This document shows positions 19,433 to 29,319 of a DNA stretch of 56,417 nt, piece by piece (position 1 is the first letter of the stretch; every line of letters starts with the position of its first letter). Location: positions 1-56,417 of the forward strand of contig CAYOCD010000006.1 in the NCBI GenBank assembly GCA_964402425.1, in the 5' to 3' direction. Position numbers and translations under genes: made by a program. The notes beneath the pieces were generated by a model. It worked only from the letters and a program-made list of their open reading frames with translations, made no database searches and had not been told where the DNA came from. This stretch comes from an uncultured Gammaproteobacteria bacterium. GTDB taxonomy: Bacteria; Patescibacteriota; Patescibacteriia; UBA9934; GWF2-40-263.

Positions 19433-20722
19433 TTAGATTTTTGATTCTTCTGTATTCTCTACGTTCTTTTCCGCCCCTTCCGCCTTCTCCGCCGTTTCCG
19501 CCTCTTTTCCTTCTACCGGCTCTGCAGACTCCACAACTTCATCTTTATCTTTTTCAACGATGTTGATTTTCCAGCCTGTCAGTTTTGCCGCAAGACGAAC
19601 GTTCTGTCCACCTTTTCCGATAGCGAGAGATAATTGATCTGTTGCAACACTCACAGACGCAACTTTTGCTTCTTCATTTACATCTACGTGTGCAATTTTT
19701 GCTGGAGATAACGCATTTGTAATAAAGACGATCGGATTTTTATTCCATTCAATAATATCCACTTTTTCCCCACCAAGTTCTGCAATAATGGTTTGGATAC
19801 GGCTTCCGCGTTGACCAATACACGCTCCGATTGGATCGATGGAGTTATCCTCTGTTCCAACAGCTACTTTTGATCGAGATCCAGCTTCACGTGCAATCGA
19901 TTTGATTTCAACCGTCTTTTCTTCAATTTCTGGAATTTCTACTTCAAACAATTTCTTTACCATTTCATCCGCTGTGCGAGACAACAAAATTTCAGGACCT
20001 TTTGTCGTGAGACCAACTTGGCGAACATACACTTTGATACGATCCCCTGTGTTGTAGCGCTCATTTGGATTTTGATCTTCTGGGCGCATGATTCCGGTTG
20101 TTCTGCCCAAGTCCACAAGCACAACACGGCCTTCGCGGCGTTGTACGGTTCCTTGCATCATTTCGCCTTCGTGCTCTTTAAACTCGCTAAACACAACTTC
20201 ACGCTCTGCTTCACGTAATTTTTGCGTGATCACTTGTTTTGCGGTCATGGCTGCCATACGTCCAAATTCTCCCGCTTCTGGAAGTGGTGTGCGCAAAACG
20301 TCCCCTACTTGTGAACCGAATTTCAAAACACGAGCGTCTGAAATCATGATCTCTGTTTTTGGATTAAAGTGTGGGCCGTCATCGTCTTCAAGAACAAACG
20401 CGACAGGTTCATCACGACGATCGTCGCTGCGTTTGCGACCATCCGCAAATTGCAATGCCATTGCTTCTGTCTTGATACGGCGTTCTTCTTCAATTTTTGC
20501 GAGCTCTTCTGGATCTACGTCTTCCACAACCGTTTTTATATCAAAAACGTTTGCTCCTCCCGTTTCTACATTAAATTCAACATCAATGTTTTGATTTTTA
20601 TCTCCAAAATCTTTGCGGTATGCCGCAGCAAGCGCTGCTTGAATCGCATCAACGACAGACTCATACGCAAGACCTTTTTCTTCACAAATTTGACGAATAG
20701 CTTGTTCGATAGGAGAGGACAT
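19433..20722 (-). CDS. nusA: Transcription termination/antitermination factor NusA
   Basis: Has N-terminal, S1 and KH domains (GACIGQRGSRIQ, AIGKGGQNVRLA) and an acidic tail. The start is trimmed to MSSPIEQAIRQI. Confidence 0.93.
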   Translation of the reverse strand: MSSPIEQAIRQICEEKGLAYESVVDAIQAALAAAYRKDFGDKNQNIDVEFNVETGGANVFDIKTVVEDVDPEELAKIEEERRIKTEAMALQFADGRKRSDDRRDEPVAFVLEDDDGPHFNPKTEIMISDARVLKFGSQVGDVLRTPLPEAGEFGRMAAMTAKQVITQKLREAEREVVFSEFKEHEGEMMQGTVQRREGRVVLVDLGRTTGIMRPEDQNPNERYNTGDRIKVYVRQVGLTTKGPEILLSRTADEMVKKLFEVEIPEIEEKTVEIKSIAREAGSRSKVAVGTEDNSIDPIGACIGQRGSRIQTIIAELGGEKVDIIEWNKNPIVFITNALSPAKIAHVDVNEEAKVASVSVATDQLSLAIGKGGQNVRLAAKLTGWKINIVEKDKDEVVESAEPVEGKEAETAEKAEGAEKNVENTEESKI

Positions 20723-20856
20723 ACGAGGAAAAAAATATAAATTGAAGATGAATGAGACGCGAAACACTAGAGCAGATCTTTATTTTTAGAAGTTTTTAAC
20801 AAAGAAACCCGTCATTCAGACAGGTTTCAGATAGAAAAAGCATACGGGATTCCGTC

Positions 20857-21216
20857 TCAGATGTCAATAGCTTCGATGTGTACAATGTTTGGTGGTGAGT
20901 GATCATATTCGATCGCAATAACATCAACACGCCAAGGAACATCATTCAAATGACGCTCTGCAAGATACACATCGGCACATGCAGCAAGATGACGTCGTTT
21001 TGTTGGCGTGACAGCATCTTCGGGAAATCCGTAGGTGTCATCATGTCGAGATTTTACTTCCACAAAAACCCATTCTTCCTCTTGCTTACACACGAGATCG
21101 ATTTCACCGTACAGACATCGCCATTGGCGATCCACAATGAGATAGTTCTTTTGCTGCAAATACATTGCCGCAAGATCTTCCCCATCATTTCCAAATTGCC
21201 TGCGCGGATCAATCAT
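20857..21216 (-). CDS. yraN: YraN family (UPF0102) endonuclease
   Basis: Contains GEDLAAMYLQQKNYLIVDRQWRCLYGEIDLV...FVEVKSR. The start is trimmed to MIDPRRQ. Confidence 0.8.
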   Translation of the reverse strand: MIDPRRQFGNDGEDLAAMYLQQKNYLIVDRQWRCLYGEIDLVCKQEEEWVFVEVKSRHDDTYGFPEDAVTPTKRRHLAACADVYLAERHLNDVPWRVDVIAIEYDHSPPNIVHIEAIDI

Positions 21217-21217
21217 A

Positions 21218-21622
21218 CTATCTCTTTCTTCCTGGAATATATTTAGATTTTGCGTGTTGGCGCAAATTCTTCTCACGCAATGCAGGAATCTCTTTTAGGG
21301 CAAAACGCGCAAGGAAGACTCCCCAAGCAATAAACCCAAGAACCCACAACGGATACCAGAATCGTGCACCAAATAATTGAATCCCTTCGTAACTAAAGAA
21401 ATACAGAATCACTCCAAGAAAACCCATTGTAAGACAAAGAGTAATCAAACGTTTGCTGATCATTTTTACATAAGAATCATACTTCTTATTCATGATCACA
21501 ACCCTACAAACCACACCGACCAAAAAAAGCAAAAGAATGAAACCGAGCAATACTTTTCCAAGGAGACCTTCTACACTTGCCGGCTGCAACGAAAACCAAT
21601 AAAGAGGATTGAGCATATTCAT
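21218..21622 (-). CDS. Hypothetical membrane protein (4 TM)
   Basis: A 134-aa hydrophobic ORF whose stop abuts the yraN start. Confidence 0.55.
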   Translation of the reverse strand: MNMLNPLYWFSLQPASVEGLLGKVLLGFILLLFLVGVVCRVVIMNKKYDSYVKMISKRLITLCLTMGFLGVILYFFSYEGIQLFGARFWYPLWVLGFIAWGVFLARFALKEIPALREKNLRQHAKSKYIPGRKR

Positions 21623-21669
21623 AGTACTGTGCAGAATAGTCGAAAAGGATCTTTTTCGTCAAGGAAAAT

Positions 21670-21921
21670 TTAAGTGTTTGTAAGAACTTTTGCAGTTCCG
21701 CCCAAGATATCAGAAATGATGTTCGTTGCAACAAAAATCCCTACAAAAACCACAATAAGTCCGATGAGTTTATAAAAAAAACGAGAACCACCGTACCCAA
21801 AGTATTTTTCGGCAAAGGCATTTTCACCAAACCACTCAAATACTTTTTCCGATTTGGCAACCATAAAGTACCCAATAACCATAATAAGAAGACCAAGAGG
21901 AATGCGAAGAAATGGAGACAT
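21670..21921 (-). CDS. Small hypothetical membrane protein
   Basis: An 83-aa ORF with 2-3 TM segments. Confidence 0.5.
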   Translation of the reverse strand: MSPFLRIPLGLLIMVIGYFMVAKSEKVFEWFGENAFAEKYFGYGGSRFFYKLIGLIVVFVGIFVATNIISDILGGTAKVLTNT

Positions 21922-22070
21922 ATGTCATAAGTGTACACGACTCTTGTCAAAAATCGAAGATTATTTTATGATGTCGAAACAAAACTCATTTGAATGTTTA
22001 GTGTCGGCTTCGCCGAAGCTAAGCAGTCGTTCGGGAAAGTCAAAAAGGGACTTTGCCGTTCCACTCACCT

Positions 22071-22147
22071 GGATGCTTAGCTCAGCTGGTTAGAGCATCT
22101 CGTTTACACCGAGAGGGTCGAGGGTTCGAATCCCCCAGCATCCACCA
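22071..22147 (+). tRNA. tRNA-Val (anticodon UAC), CCA encoded
   Basis: Cloverleaf folded by hand: acceptor GGATGCT/AGCATCC, anticodon stem TCTCG/CGAGA, loop ttTACac, and T-loop TTCGAAT. There is one A-C mismatch in the T stem. Confidence 0.85.
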
Positions 22148-22151
22148 ACAA

Positions 22152-22184
22152 AAACGCCTCAGTTCGCTGGGGTGTTTTTGTTTG
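22152..22184 (+). terminator. Terminator after tRNA-Val
   Basis: Imperfect stem ACGCCTCAG/CTGGGGTGT with loop TTCG, followed by a T-run. Confidence 0.55.
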
Positions 22185-22186
22185 TA

Positions 22187-22217
22187 ACAAAAAACCGTCC
22201 AAGAATCTCGAGGACGG
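22187..22217 (-). terminator. Orphan minus-strand rho-independent terminator
   Basis: Stem CCGTCC/GGACGG with a T6 run on the minus strand. No annotated gene lies upstream for about 390 nt. Confidence 0.55.
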
Positions 22218-22577
22218 CAAAGACGTGGATGAGCGGAAGAACTTTGATTGGAGCGAAACGATGTATACGAGTCACTGTGACGAATCACAATTAACAGCTC
22301 ACCCACTCCCTAACGATGGATGTAATAGCGCCCTCATAGTTCATTCGTAACGCTTGCAAGGCGGGTTGCACTCTGTCCATGTGGCTACAGAACACAATGT
22401 TGTGTTGTGCGGATGTGTGAAAGGTTTTGATGGAACTTTTAGGGATTCTGTCCGCTCAGGAATGATTGAAACATAAAAACGGAAAGTCTGTCTAGAACAG
22501 ATAGATTTCTTTTTACTGAAATCTGCGTTTTTTTTAAAAACACAAAGATCCTTGTCGATTAAAACCGCACATATAAT

Positions 22578-22603
22578 TAAAAAAACAGCTTCATAAGAAG
22601 CTG
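22578..22603 (-). terminator. Terminator after the metallopeptidase gene
   Basis: Stem CAGCTTC/GAAGCTG with a 4-nt loop and a T7 run on the minus strand. Confidence 0.7.
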
Positions 22604-22610
22604 CAGACGA

Positions 22611-23468
22611 TTAGTAATTACAGGCGACAGAAGCAAGGATGCCTGCCGCGTAATTTTTCATTCCGTTTTGAACCGCGCTTACGCGCTGGCTGCAAGTGCC
22701 GTGTGCTGTAGGATCAAACCACGGAACTCCCGCTGAATCCTGCGTCAAACACACTTGTTTGAGTGTTGTGGAAATATCGAATTGCGTTGCCTGATTTGAA
22801 CAGACAAGCCAACCAAGAAAATACCCAGAAAAGCAGTCGGCACTTAACTCGCGCGCAATACTGTACGCCGCATTCATACCGATCGCATATTGCAAGTTGT
22901 GTCCGGCTTCATGTGAAGCCATCCAGGCGGCTGGTAGCAAACTTCCATGACTTCGCAAACTGAGAAACAAACTTGGATCATAGTAGATGTACCCAGGAGT
23001 CTGAGGAGTTGCGTAAGCGTTATGAGCGCAAAACTGTGCAGCGGGTGAGCATGTACAGGCGTACATGTTGCTTCCCCAAAACTCATTGATCTTTTGCATA
23101 TCGTATGCCGTATTTGCACTACGATACCCCCCACATTGGTTCACAGTGCTCTTTACACCAACGCCAGATTGAAATGTTCGACACGTTAAGTCTTTGTCAT
23201 TCATTACATCTTTTGTTGAGGTGCCACCTGGTGATGAACACGCCCCCCATCGTGATCCGAAACAACTCGGATCTTGAGCACAGAACATGTTGCTTTCACA
23301 GTAACCATTGGAACAAAGGGCGCTTGGCGAGAAATTGCAGCAATCCGACAACTGCGTACACGCAGATCCGTGTGTTGTCTCACCACACTGGGATTCGGAA
23401 CAACATCCGTAAAAACAGACAAGTATCGCCACAACGAGCCAAAACCTTACCAAATAATCTGTTTTCAT
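22611..23468 (-). CDS. Secreted Cys-rich neutral zinc metallopeptidase (YpfJ-like)
   Basis: Contains HEAGHNLQ plus downstream ELSADCFSGYF, which matches the YpfJ-type arrangement. The N-terminal signal or lipobox-like segment is VAILVCFYGCC. The start is trimmed to MKTDYLV. Confidence 0.7.
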   Translation of the reverse strand: MKTDYLVRFWLVVAILVCFYGCCSESQCGETTHGSACTQLSDCCNFSPSALCSNGYCESNMFCAQDPSCFGSRWGACSSPGGTSTKDVMNDKDLTCRTFQSGVGVKSTVNQCGGYRSANTAYDMQKINEFWGSNMYACTCSPAAQFCAHNAYATPQTPGYIYYDPSLFLSLRSHGSLLPAAWMASHEAGHNLQYAIGMNAAYSIARELSADCFSGYFLGWLVCSNQATQFDISTTLKQVCLTQDSAGVPWFDPTAHGTCSQRVSAVQNGMKNYAAGILASVACNY

Positions 23469-23545
23469 TACTACAACCTCTGCACGCAAAATTGTGCAAC
23501 AGAAGACTATCAATCTAAAGATATTGCGTCAAAAAAACCAACCGC

Positions 23546-23574
23546 TTGATCTTTTTTTCCCAATCCTTTATTAT
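23546..23574 (+). promoter_or_regulatory. Putative promoter TTGATC-17-TATTAT for tRNA-Leu
   Basis: Read directly. The -10 lies 22 nt upstream of the tRNA 5' end. Confidence 0.5.
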
Positions 23575-23595
23575 CTCGTCACGACATCCAAATGT

Positions 23596-23681
23596 GCGGA
23601 CGTGGCGGAATGGTATACGCGCCAGCTTGAGGTGCTGGTTCTCGCAAGGGATTGGAGGTTCAAGTCCTCTCGTCCGCACCA
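23596..23681 (+). tRNA. tRNA-Leu (anticodon GAG), type II, CCA encoded
   Basis: Acceptor GCGGACG/CGTCCGC, anticodon stem CCAGC/GCTGG, loop ttGAGgt, and a long variable arm. Confidence 0.88.
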
Positions 23682-23684
23682 ACA

Positions 23685-23716
23685 AAAAACATCGACGTAA
23701 CGTCGATGTTTTTTGT
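23685..23716. terminator. Bidirectional terminator (tRNA-Leu / DAGK-like gene)
   Basis: Perfect 12-bp stem AAAACATCGACG/CGTCGATGTTTT flanked by A- and T-runs. Confidence 0.8.
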
Positions 23717-23727
23717 TGTCATTCACA

Positions 23728-24462
23728 TTACGTCTCAAACGCGCGTTCCTTTCCCGTTATAATCTTCATCCCCATCGACTCAACAGAAATATCAAATCTT
23801 GTACCCTCCATAAGCTCCCCATCCGCAAAAACCCGAATTGGTTTTTCTGAACGAATCGTCATAGATTGAAGAGGTAAAATGCTTTCTTCTTTTGTAGAAC
23901 GACGCAAAAGACCCCTTTTTACATCGGCACGAATCACCGCTTGAAGCAGACCGTCACACGGATTGGAGGCACTCGATAAATTACGAACCTCAAGTTCTGC
24001 TGTCGATGTTGGAAACACACGAAACTTTTCTTCAAACGTAATTTCTGCTCGGAATTCCGGAACAGAAATCTCACTCAAAAATTTACGTCCGTTAATACTT
24101 CCAATATCGATTGTCTCTACACGACGCGCAGAAAGGACATCACATGCAAGAACCCCTTCTGGAATTCCAAGAAGGGCTGCAAGGGTGTTTTTTGGACCAA
24201 TAGGAATCATCCCAAACACAACTCTACTTTCTGCGACCACATTTAAAACTTTTCGGACAGTATCATCATTTCCAAGCACAACAACCGTTGTCACACCTTT
24301 ATCAATTTCATCACGAATCATTTCCTCGGCATTACGAAACAAAGCAAGACGAGAAATCTTGCCAGCAATTCCAAGGTCGGTCAAACGGTTTTCGATGAGG
24401 GCTAATTCTTTTTCGAATCGTTTGTTGCCCTGTATAAAATCATCGTACAGGTAGCAATACAC
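23728..24462 (-). CDS. Diacylglycerol/lipid kinase catalytic-domain family protein (YegS-like; GGDGT degenerated to GNDDT)
   Basis: Contains VVVLGNDDTVRKVLN...MIPIGPKNT, consistent with the DAGK_cat layout. Confidence 0.6.
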   Translation of the reverse strand: MYCYLYDDFIQGNKRFEKELALIENRLTDLGIAGKISRLALFRNAEEMIRDEIDKGVTTVVVLGNDDTVRKVLNVVAESRVVFGMIPIGPKNTLAALLGIPEGVLACDVLSARRVETIDIGSINGRKFLSEISVPEFRAEITFEEKFRVFPTSTAELEVRNLSSASNPCDGLLQAVIRADVKRGLLRRSTKEESILPLQSMTIRSEKPIRVFADGELMEGTRFDISVESMGMKIITGKERAFET

Positions 24463-24467
24463 AATGG

Positions 24468-24827
24468 TTATCCTTTGTTGTTCATGGAGATACGTCCGTT
24501 GATAACAGATCCCTCCGCAACAGAAAGGCGACTTGTCAAAACATCTCCCGTGATGTGTGCGGAAGAAAGAAGTTGAAGCCCATCTTCTACATGAAGATTT
24601 CCAACAACCGTTCCAGCAATCACTGCATTCTTTGCAGAAACTTCTGCGTGAATCACAGCACTTTCTCCGATATGGAGTGATGCAGCTGTTGCGAGTGATC
24701 CGTTAAGTTCACCGTCAATCGTGATATCTCCGTTTGATTTAAAATCCCCTTCCACCTTTACACCTTGAGCGATGATTGTTTCGCTCCCCGCTTGTGCATG
24801 TGCCATATGATCTTGTTTACCAAACAT
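24468..24827 (-). CDS. Bactofilin (polymer-forming cytoskeletal protein)
   Basis: Repetitive beta-helix pattern: VKVEGDFKSNGDITIDGELNGSL...VIAGTVVGNLHV..ITGDV..INGRISM. Confidence 0.8.
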   Translation of the reverse strand: MFGKQDHMAHAQAGSETIIAQGVKVEGDFKSNGDITIDGELNGSLATAASLHIGESAVIHAEVSAKNAVIAGTVVGNLHVEDGLQLLSSAHITGDVLTSRLSVAEGSVINGRISMNNKG

Positions 24828-24830
24828 AAA

Positions 24831-26537
24831 TTACATTTCGTCAACGGGTTCGATTCCCATGAGTCTTAATCCATTTTTTAACACGCACGCAACAGACTCC
24901 GCAAGAGCAAGGCGTGCGTGCATGACCTCCGGTTCTGCTTTCAAAATAGGTGCGTCCGCATAAAACGAGGCGAATGTCTGTGACAAATCAAAGAGATACT
25001 GTGCGATACGGCTAAGTTCAAGTGTTTGTACAGAATCGAATACAACGTCTGGATATTGCGAAATGAGAAGTAAAAGTTGATGTTCGAGTGGTGTTTTCAG
25101 ATACGCCGCCACACTTCCCGCCGGACGCTTTGGAGCTTTTTTCAAAAGACTTTCAATACGCGCAAGTGTATAGAGCACATACGGTCCGGTATACCCTTCA
25201 AACACGAGCGACTCTTCGAAGTCAAAGACAATCGGTTTTTCCATGTCTTGTTTCAACATAGAAAATCGCATGGCTGCACCCGTAATCGCCAAAGCGGCTT
25301 CCTGAATCTGACGAGGCTTCCAGTCTTCATGACGCTTATGTGTTTCTGTGGTGGCTCGTTCAATCATTTGATCACGCAACTCTTCAAAACGAATATCATT
25401 TCCTTTTCTTGATGACATCGCTCCATCTTTCAGGGTAACGAAATCATAGGAGAGGTGTGTCAATTCTTTTTCAAATCCCATTCGTTTGAGTGTTGCAAAC
25501 AATTGTTGCATGGCGTGTGATTGACGGGCATCAACAACATAGATGGATCGAAGGGCGTGATAATCTTCTTCTTTTTTGAGAGCAAGTCCGATATCTTTTG
25601 CGTTGTAAAGCAACGTCCCATCAGATTTTACAAACAAATTCACCCCCAGATCTTGATCTCGCAGATCTACAATCCACGCCCCTTCAGACTGCGTTACAAT
25701 TCCATTCTTAATCAGCTTCTCAATTTCTTTTTTTGTTTTTTTAATGAGCTCGCTTTCAAAATACCACTCCTCGATTCCAATATTGAGTTCCTTGTACACT
25801 TTTTTCAGATAATCAACAGACCACCCGCGCGTTTTTTTCCAAACAGCAACCTCTTCTCCTTTTTGGTCTTCCAAATGACGAAATACTTCCGATACCTGCG
25901 CTTTTGCATTTGGATGATCTTCTAAATAACGCGTTGCTTCAATATAGACATCTCGCAAAAAAGTGATGCGTTTTTCTTTAGAGACTTCTTCATCTGCATG
26001 AAGAGTCATAATCGCCCAAACAGACTTTGCAACGTGTGCACCAAGATCATTAATGTATGCCGTCGGAATCACCTCATATCCGTTTGCACGAAAAACATTC
26101 ACCGTCATTTGTCCAACAAACAAGTTACGTAAATGCCCGATATGAACATCTTTATGAGTATTCAAGTTTGCATATTCAATCATGACACGCTTCCCTTTTC
26201 CAACGTCTGATGTTCCATATGCCCCACCAAGGACAGATATTTCTTTCAAAACATCTTTTCCAAATGCTTCGTTTCCAAGAGTAAAATTTACATACGGACC
26301 CGTCGCACGCAGTACCGTCACATACCCATGTGGACCTATCTTTGCCGCAATTTCTTGCGCAAGTTCTGCCGGATTCTTTTTTAAGTTTTTTGCGAGCGAA
26401 AAACACGCAAACGCAACATCCCCCATCTTTGCGTCAGGTGGCGCGGATAAATCTGATAAATGCGGAACAAATCCACTACCAATCGCGCGTTTTAAATCTT
26501 GCAAAATTTGTTGTTTCGCTTTTTGAAGCGTATGCAT
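24831..26537 (-). CDS. argS: Arginine--tRNA ligase
   Basis: Contains EYANLNTHKDVHIGHLRN (HIGH motif) and a DALR-type C-terminus. The start is trimmed to MHTLQKAKQ, adjacent to the valS stop. Confidence 0.92.
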   Translation of the reverse strand: MHTLQKAKQQILQDLKRAIGSGFVPHLSDLSAPPDAKMGDVAFACFSLAKNLKKNPAELAQEIAAKIGPHGYVTVLRATGPYVNFTLGNEAFGKDVLKEISVLGGAYGTSDVGKGKRVMIEYANLNTHKDVHIGHLRNLFVGQMTVNVFRANGYEVIPTAYINDLGAHVAKSVWAIMTLHADEEVSKEKRITFLRDVYIEATRYLEDHPNAKAQVSEVFRHLEDQKGEEVAVWKKTRGWSVDYLKKVYKELNIGIEEWYFESELIKKTKKEIEKLIKNGIVTQSEGAWIVDLRDQDLGVNLFVKSDGTLLYNAKDIGLALKKEEDYHALRSIYVVDARQSHAMQQLFATLKRMGFEKELTHLSYDFVTLKDGAMSSRKGNDIRFEELRDQMIERATTETHKRHEDWKPRQIQEAALAITGAAMRFSMLKQDMEKPIVFDFEESLVFEGYTGPYVLYTLARIESLLKKAPKRPAGSVAAYLKTPLEHQLLLLISQYPDVVFDSVQTLELSRIAQYLFDLSQTFASFYADAPILKAEPEVMHARLALAESVACVLKNGLRLMGIEPVDEM

Positions 26538-26538
26538 A

Positions 26539-29187
26539 TTACGAAGAAAGTTTTTCGAGTTTTTCTTGTGCTTCTTTTTGTTTCTGTTCCATCTGTACAA
26601 TCACTTTTTCTGGAGCCTTCGAACGAAACTCTTCGTTTGCGAGTTTTTCAGAAACGGACACAAGATACCTTGTGAGTTCTGCAACTTCTTTCTCAATACG
26701 AACTTTTTCTTTTTCTGTGTCCACAACAGTTTCCATCTTAATAAACACCGTCAGATCTTTTAAAACAACAGATACGTCTGACGTTACGGTTTCTTGTTTA
26801 TCTACAAGAACAAAATCTGCATTCACACGAGCAAGAACAGCTATGATTTCACGGTTTGCTTCAATAAACGTACGCGATGCATCATTCACAACAAATTCAA
26901 CATCCATCAGTTTTTTTGGTTCAATTTTATATTGCGAACGAATATTACGAATTGCAATAATGAGTTCTTGCAAAGAAACCAATTGTTTCTCAGAAGCTTC
27001 ATCAAAAAACCCTTGAACCTTCGGCCATTTCTCCACCATGACAAATGTATTTGTCCCGAATTCTTTCCAGATTGCCTCTGAAACAAACGGCATAAACGGA
27101 TGAGACAAAATTAAACTTTGTTTCAAAACATATAACAAAATTTCATTCGTTGAAGTTTTCAAGATCTCATCTTTCTGTTGAACTTTTGCGATCTCAAGAT
27201 ACCAGTCTGCAAAATCATTCCAAATAAACTCTCGCAGAGTCTCAATCGCAAGCGAGAAGTCGAACTGTTCAATGAACTTCCCCGTTTTGTTTGTAACCGT
27301 TTCAAGACGACCAAGAATCCAAGCGTCCGCAACAGTCTTTGGAGAAATCGTTTCCGTATGGCGTGTTTCACCAACAGACATCAAAATAAAACGAGAGATG
27401 TTCCACATCTTGTTTACAAAGTTGCGAGAACTTTCAATTTTCTCAACCGAAAAACGAGAATCATTTCCTGGCGTATTCCCCGAGAGCACACAAAGGCGCA
27501 GTGCATCACATCCGTACTTTTCGATAATATCAAGGGGGTCAATTCCGTTTGCATCCGATTTTGAGAATTTCTTTCCGCTTTCATTACGAAGCATTCCATG
27601 AATATATGCATCCTTAAACGGAATCTCGCCAAGCGCATACGTACTCATAAGCACCATGCGCATGAGCCACAAATACAAAATTTCATACCCCATTTGCATC
27701 CAGTTTGTTGGGTGAAATGATTGAAGATCAAGTGTTTTGTCTGGCCAACCAAGGGTGGAAAACGTCCAAGAACCTGAGGAAAACCACGTATCGAGCGTAT
27801 CTGGATCTTGTTCCCATCCATCCCCTTCTGGCGCTCCGTTTCCAACAAAAATTTCCTCACCACGATACCAAACCGGAATGCGATGTCCCCACCACGTTTG
27901 ACGAGACAAACACCAGTCGCGCAAATTCTCGACACGACTTAAATATAATTTTGTAAATCGTTCTGGAGTGATTGTAACTTTCTTTAAAGAATCATTGTCG
28001 AGACCCGTCGTCAACGCTTCTGCCATGAGATCGCGCAAACTCTTTCCCTTTGATGGAATTATTTTTTGAACATCAAGCCACCACTGCGTCATGGGCAGCA
28101 CTTCAATCACATCTTTATAACGGCTGTGTGTTCCAACATTCTGCACGATCTCTTCTGGCTCTTTTTCTAAAAGTCCCTGTTCCGAAAGCCAACCAACGAA
28201 TTTCGTGCGAGCTTCTTCAACCGTAAGTCCTGCATAGGATCCCGCTTCCTTTGTCATTTTGCCGTCGATCCCGACAACTTGAATCATGGCAATCGGATTT
28301 CCCGCAGCTTTCTGTTTTTCAAACATTAAAAAGTCAACCTGACTGTGCGCAGGCGTAACTCCAAGAGCTCCCGTTCCAAATGCTGGATCCACCCCATCAT
28401 CTGCAATAACTTTGATCTCAAGTGGCTTTTCTGCCCCAACATCAACCGTAAATGTTTGACCAATATATTTCTGATAACGTTCGTCGCCCGGATGAACTGC
28501 AACCGCTGTATCTCCTAATTTTGTTTCTGGGCGTGTGGTTGCAATTGTGATTGGAAAATCTTTACTGTATTTAAACGTATACAAAACACTTGGACGTTCA
28601 ATGTATTCAATTTCATCATCTGAACATGTGGACTGCCCTTTTGTGGACCAGTTCACAACTCGGTACCCACGATAAATAAGACCATCATTGTACATTTGGC
28701 GGAACAATTCGTTTACAGCAATATTTCTTTTTTCATCGAACGTATATGCAAGGCGTGACCAATCACAACTCGTTCCCATTTTTCTCACTTGTCCTAAAAT
28801 TGTTGCACGCGACGCTTCCGCAAACTCACGAATCTTTTCGACCAACTTCTCACGCCCTAATTCTTGGCGAGGATTTTTCATTCCTTGCTCCATGAGCATT
28901 TTTTCAACTTTTGCCTGTGTTGGAAGCGCAGCATGATCTGTTCCTGGAACAAGCAAAACTTTTTTTCCGTTCAAACGCTGATAACGTGCCATGGCATCCA
29001 TGAGGGCATTTTCAAGGGCATGTCCCAAATGCAAAACACCTGTCACATTTGGAGGCGGCATCATGATGGAATAGGGCTCCCCTGTCAGATGATCGGGATT
29101 AAAAAATCCGCTTTTTTCCCAGGCGTCATAGATTTCATCTTCGTACCGTTTTGACTCGTACGCTTTTGGCATTTCTGTATTCGACAT
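26539..29187 (-). CDS. valS: Valine--tRNA ligase
   Basis: Contains PPPNVTGVLHLGHAL, KFSKS and a C-terminal coiled coil. The start is trimmed to MSNTEMPKAYE. Confidence 0.95.
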   Translation of the reverse strand: MSNTEMPKAYESKRYEDEIYDAWEKSGFFNPDHLTGEPYSIMMPPPNVTGVLHLGHALENALMDAMARYQRLNGKKVLLVPGTDHAALPTQAKVEKMLMEQGMKNPRQELGREKLVEKIREFAEASRATILGQVRKMGTSCDWSRLAYTFDEKRNIAVNELFRQMYNDGLIYRGYRVVNWSTKGQSTCSDDEIEYIERPSVLYTFKYSKDFPITIATTRPETKLGDTAVAVHPGDERYQKYIGQTFTVDVGAEKPLEIKVIADDGVDPAFGTGALGVTPAHSQVDFLMFEKQKAAGNPIAMIQVVGIDGKMTKEAGSYAGLTVEEARTKFVGWLSEQGLLEKEPEEIVQNVGTHSRYKDVIEVLPMTQWWLDVQKIIPSKGKSLRDLMAEALTTGLDNDSLKKVTITPERFTKLYLSRVENLRDWCLSRQTWWGHRIPVWYRGEEIFVGNGAPEGDGWEQDPDTLDTWFSSGSWTFSTLGWPDKTLDLQSFHPTNWMQMGYEILYLWLMRMVLMSTYALGEIPFKDAYIHGMLRNESGKKFSKSDANGIDPLDIIEKYGCDALRLCVLSGNTPGNDSRFSVEKIESSRNFVNKMWNISRFILMSVGETRHTETISPKTVADAWILGRLETVTNKTGKFIEQFDFSLAIETLREFIWNDFADWYLEIAKVQQKDEILKTSTNEILLYVLKQSLILSHPFMPFVSEAIWKEFGTNTFVMVEKWPKVQGFFDEASEKQLVSLQELIIAIRNIRSQYKIEPKKLMDVEFVVNDASRTFIEANREIIAVLARVNADFVLVDKQETVTSDVSVVLKDLTVFIKMETVVDTEKEKVRIEKEVAELTRYLVSVSEKLANEEFRSKAPEKVIVQMEQKQKEAQEKLEKLSS

Positions 29188-29319
29188 AGTAAACGAAGTG
29201 TACGAAAAAATGGCTTGAATTGCAACAATGCGGGCTGAAGCAACCTCTATTGGAACATTGACAAAATCAATTTTTATGAGAATATACGCGCACGTTCTTT
29301 TACATTTCACGGAGGCTCT

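Noticed and set aside
22082-22306. ORFs overlapping tRNA genes: 22082..22306 (-), 23494..23869 (+), 50494..50766 (both strands), and the 38352..38393 part of 37869..38393.
   Set aside because: They read through tRNA sequences, so the tRNA folds take precedence.
22220-22560. I looked for tmRNA, SRP RNA or 6S RNA signatures in the orphan intergenic region.
   Set aside because: There is no tRNA-like 3' end, no GGAA/GNAR helix-8 motif and no resume-codon tag that I could recognise. The region is kept only as an unassigned candidate sRNA locus.
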